This document shows, one piece after another, positions 62,032 through 64,000 of a stretch of DNA of 64,000 nucleotides (position 1 is the stretch's first letter; every line of letters starts with the position of its first letter). The notes beneath the pieces are model-generated. The model saw nothing but the letters and a program-made list of their open reading frames with translations. It was not told the DNA's origin and did no database searches. The translations under genes were made by a program, and so were the position numbers. This DNA comes from an uncultured archaeon. GTDB taxonomy: Archaea > Thermoproteota > Nitrososphaeria > Nitrososphaerales > Gagatemarchaeaceae. The stretch is taken from contig CAWFOU010000001.1 of assembly GCA_963817525.1 (NCBI GenBank), positions 896,001-960,000 on the forward strand, given 5' to 3'.

Positions 62032-63684
62032 CTAGTAGCTCCCGAGCACGAGGCTGCCGTAGCCCGTGGAGTTCCTGATCAGCGCGAGGTAGCTCGTGGA
62101 GTTCAGGACGAGGAAGGATGGCTGGACCATTTGGGTCTCGAGGGGCTTTGAGCTCGAGAGGGAGTAGAAGGTGTCAGGTGAAAAGTCGATGCTCTTCTCC
62201 AGGTTCATCGAGGGGCCGTAGACGTTCACCTGGCTGCTAGAGACCGCGAAGAGGGAGCCGTCATCCCAGAGTAGGGTGGAGGCGGGGATGTCGACGTTGT
62301 AGAAGGTGCCAGACCCCGCTCCCGAGGAGCTCAGTACCTCTACCTCGTCGGAGGAGGGGATTGCGAGGAATAGGTTTGACCCGTCGGTCGCCACGCTCGT
62401 GTAGCCGCTCGAGTCGAGCGTCCCGCTCCTCAGGACCGCGCCGCTGGACGAGGAGAGGACGACGAGGAAGGGGTTGGCGCCGTAGTACGGACCACCGTAA
62501 TAGGTGGGCTGTGTCCAGTAGGTCTGCGAGAATATGGAGGCAACGATGCCAGAGCCCGCCGTGGACGCGACGAGCTCGTTGGGGTACTCGTCGCAGGTGT
62601 TCAGGTAGACCGTGTCGAACCAGGCCTGCTGGACTCCCTGCGCGGTGGTCGAGTACGCGTAGATGGTGACGGAGTTGCCGTGGGGGTTGGTGCATCCGAA
62701 CCCGCCCGGGTTGGTCCCGGCCTCGTAGAGATAAAAGTCGCTCGCGTCGGAGGTCTCGAGGTTGTAGGTGTCCGCGGCTATCGTCGTCGGGGACGGCCCG
62801 CTCGAGGACATCAACCAGCCGTCGTAGTAGGCGTAGAGAGCGTCGGTCCCCTTCTGCACCGGCTGCGAGCCGACTGGGTAGGGGGGCTGGCCGTTGTTCG
62901 GGAACTGGACCTCCACCGTGGTGTACAGCCTCAGAAGCCTCATGGTGTAAGACGTGCCCGGAGTCCCGGCCGAGCTGACCCTGAACAGGGTGGAGGTGAA
63001 CTGGTCGCCGTAGTATCCGTCCGAGATGTACGCGCTCCCGTCGGAGAGCGGGAGGACTGCCGTTATCTCCCCCTCCCCCGCGTCGAACGACCAGAGCTGG
63101 GCACCCGTCCCGGTGGAGAAGGCGAAGGCGGACGGCCCCTCGGCCATGAAGAAGTGGGCGGGGTCGCTCGGGTTCTGGTAGAGCTGCGCGTCCACGTCGG
63201 GCCCGCCCACCGCGGCCTCCAGCGTCTTCCAGTCGCCGCCGGGGGGCAAGGACCCCGAGGGGGAGGTCGCGAAGACGTTCCCGAGGCTCGTCACCACGGC
63301 GACTGAGGTAGGTAAGGAGGTCCCGGAGCCCGCCTCGACGACCAAGGAGGCCCCCACGGCGAGCGAGTCCTGCAACGGGAGCTCCTTGGAAACGGTGGAG
63401 TTCTGGAGCAGGAGGAACGAGAGGTCAGAGGGTATCAGGCCGTCGTTGGTGATCGTGACGTTCCCCCCGCGTGACATCCCGACCTGGAGCCGCTCGAGGG
63501 AACGCAGTTGGGCCACTTGACCGGCTTGCTGGCTCGCCGCGTCGGCGCTCTGTCCGGAGGAGAGGGCGCTGGAGATCGACTGGAGGCTGGCTATCACCAG
63601 GAGATAGATCATGATGAAGCCGTAGACGGAGCTGAGCCCAGCCCTGCCCCTCCTCGAGGTCCGGCGCGGACGCTTGACCTTCAC
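62032..63684 (-). CDS. Secreted protein with class III (pilin-like) signal peptide and PQQ-like beta-propeller
   Basis: Basic leader ending RAG followed by hydrophobic LSSVYGFIMIYLL; pilin-like N-domain ending VVTSLGNVF; TGAQLWSF repeat. Confidence 0.7.
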   Translation of the reverse strand: MKVKRPRRTSRRGRAGLSSVYGFIMIYLLVIASLQSISSALSSGQSADAASQQAGQVAQLRSLERLQVGMSRGGNVTITNDGLIPSDLSFLLLQNSTVSKELPLQDSLAVGASLVVEAGSGTSLPTSVAVVTSLGNVFATSPSGSLPPGGDWKTLEAAVGGPDVDAQLYQNPSDPAHFFMAEGPSAFAFSTGTGAQLWSFDAGEGEITAVLPLSDGSAYISDGYYGDQFTSTLFRVSSAGTPGTSYTMRLLRLYTTVEVQFPNNGQPPYPVGSQPVQKGTDALYAYYDGWLMSSSGPSPTTIAADTYNLETSDASDFYLYEAGTNPGGFGCTNPHGNSVTIYAYSTTAQGVQQAWFDTVYLNTCDEYPNELVASTAGSGIVASIFSQTYWTQPTYYGGPYYGANPFLVVLSSSSGAVLRSGTLDSSGYTSVATDGSNLFLAIPSSDEVEVLSSSGAGSGTFYNVDIPASTLLWDDGSLFAVSSSQVNVYGPSMNLEKSIDFSPDTFYSLSSSKPLETQMVQPSFLVLNSTSYLALIRNSTGYGSLVLGSY

Positions 63685-63772
63685 GGTGATTGAGTGGGGC
63701 GCGCTATTTAGCCGGCCACGTCGGCCGCTCCGCCAAAGGATTTATCCCGGCCCGCGGCGGGCCGGGCAAGAG

Positions 63773-64000
63773 ATGCACTACGACGGCTCCTTCGTGGTAC
63801 CAGTCACGAAGCAGAAGGTCTACGACTTTGTGATGGACCCGGCAAAGATCACGTCGATTTTCCCCGACGTCCAGGACCTCAAGGTGATCGACGAGAGCAA
63901 CTTCACGCTCAAAGCCAAGGTGGGCATCTCCTTCATCAGGGGGATGATGGACGTGAAGATGACAATCGTGGAGCGCACCCCGCCGAGCTTCGCGCGGATG
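63773..64000 (+). CDS. CoxG/SRPBCC-family protein, truncated by the window end
   Basis: MHYDGSFVVPVTKQKVYDFVMDP..FPDVQ..KVGISFIRG. Confidence 0.75.
   Translation, partial: MHYDGSFVVPVTKQKVYDFVMDPAKITSIFPDVQDLKVIDESNFTLKAKVGISFIRGMMDVKMTIVERTPPSFARM

Noticed and set aside
17500-63300. Numerous long antisense or alternate-frame ORFs (e.g. 18114..19259, 36481..37923, 58090..59163)
   Set aside because: Shadow ORFs of well-supported genes caused by GC3 bias; Arg/Pro/Gly-rich and without motifs.
1-64000. CRISPR arrays, tRNA and rRNA genes
   Set aside because: No regularly spaced repeats or cloverleaf-like sequences were seen in the intergenic gaps by manual reading; a tRNAscan-SE run would be needed to exclude them fully.

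Overview
Archaeal chromosomal segment. Gene content and synteny suggest a GC-rich, probably non-ammonia-oxidising Nitrososphaerota/TACK lineage (inference). About 0.4-27 kb is a surface-glycosylation locus (GT2/GT4/GT-C, flippase, nucleotide-sugar enzymes, methyltransferases, DegT aminotransferase, FemAB-like GNAT, AlkP-family enzyme) containing an slaA/slaB-like S-layer operon; its first ~12 kb looks clearly lower in GC. About 32-58 kb is the conserved archaeal translation/transcription superoperon on the minus strand (S13-S4-S11-RpoD-L18e-L13-S9-RpoN-eno-S2-mvk-ipk-idsA-gltX, L7Ae-S28e-L24e-ndk-infB-S6e-eIF2g-PIN-RpoE'-Spt4-DUF359-S24e-S27ae). It is interrupted by a solo TnpB whose right end supplies the rps11 stop codon, a free-standing LAGLIDADG endonuclease next to an apparently recoded rps28e 3' end, a LAGLIDADG intein in IF2, and an ftsZ module that shares a divergent promoter region with an intact but catalytically dead IS6-transposase derivative. 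The window ends with an HTH regulator, glmS, a DHS-like gene, a pilin-like protein and a partial CoxG-like gene. Many genes, some essential, carry indels at homopolymer or dinucleotide runs, most likely long-read errors. No tRNA, rRNA or CRISPR array was recognised.
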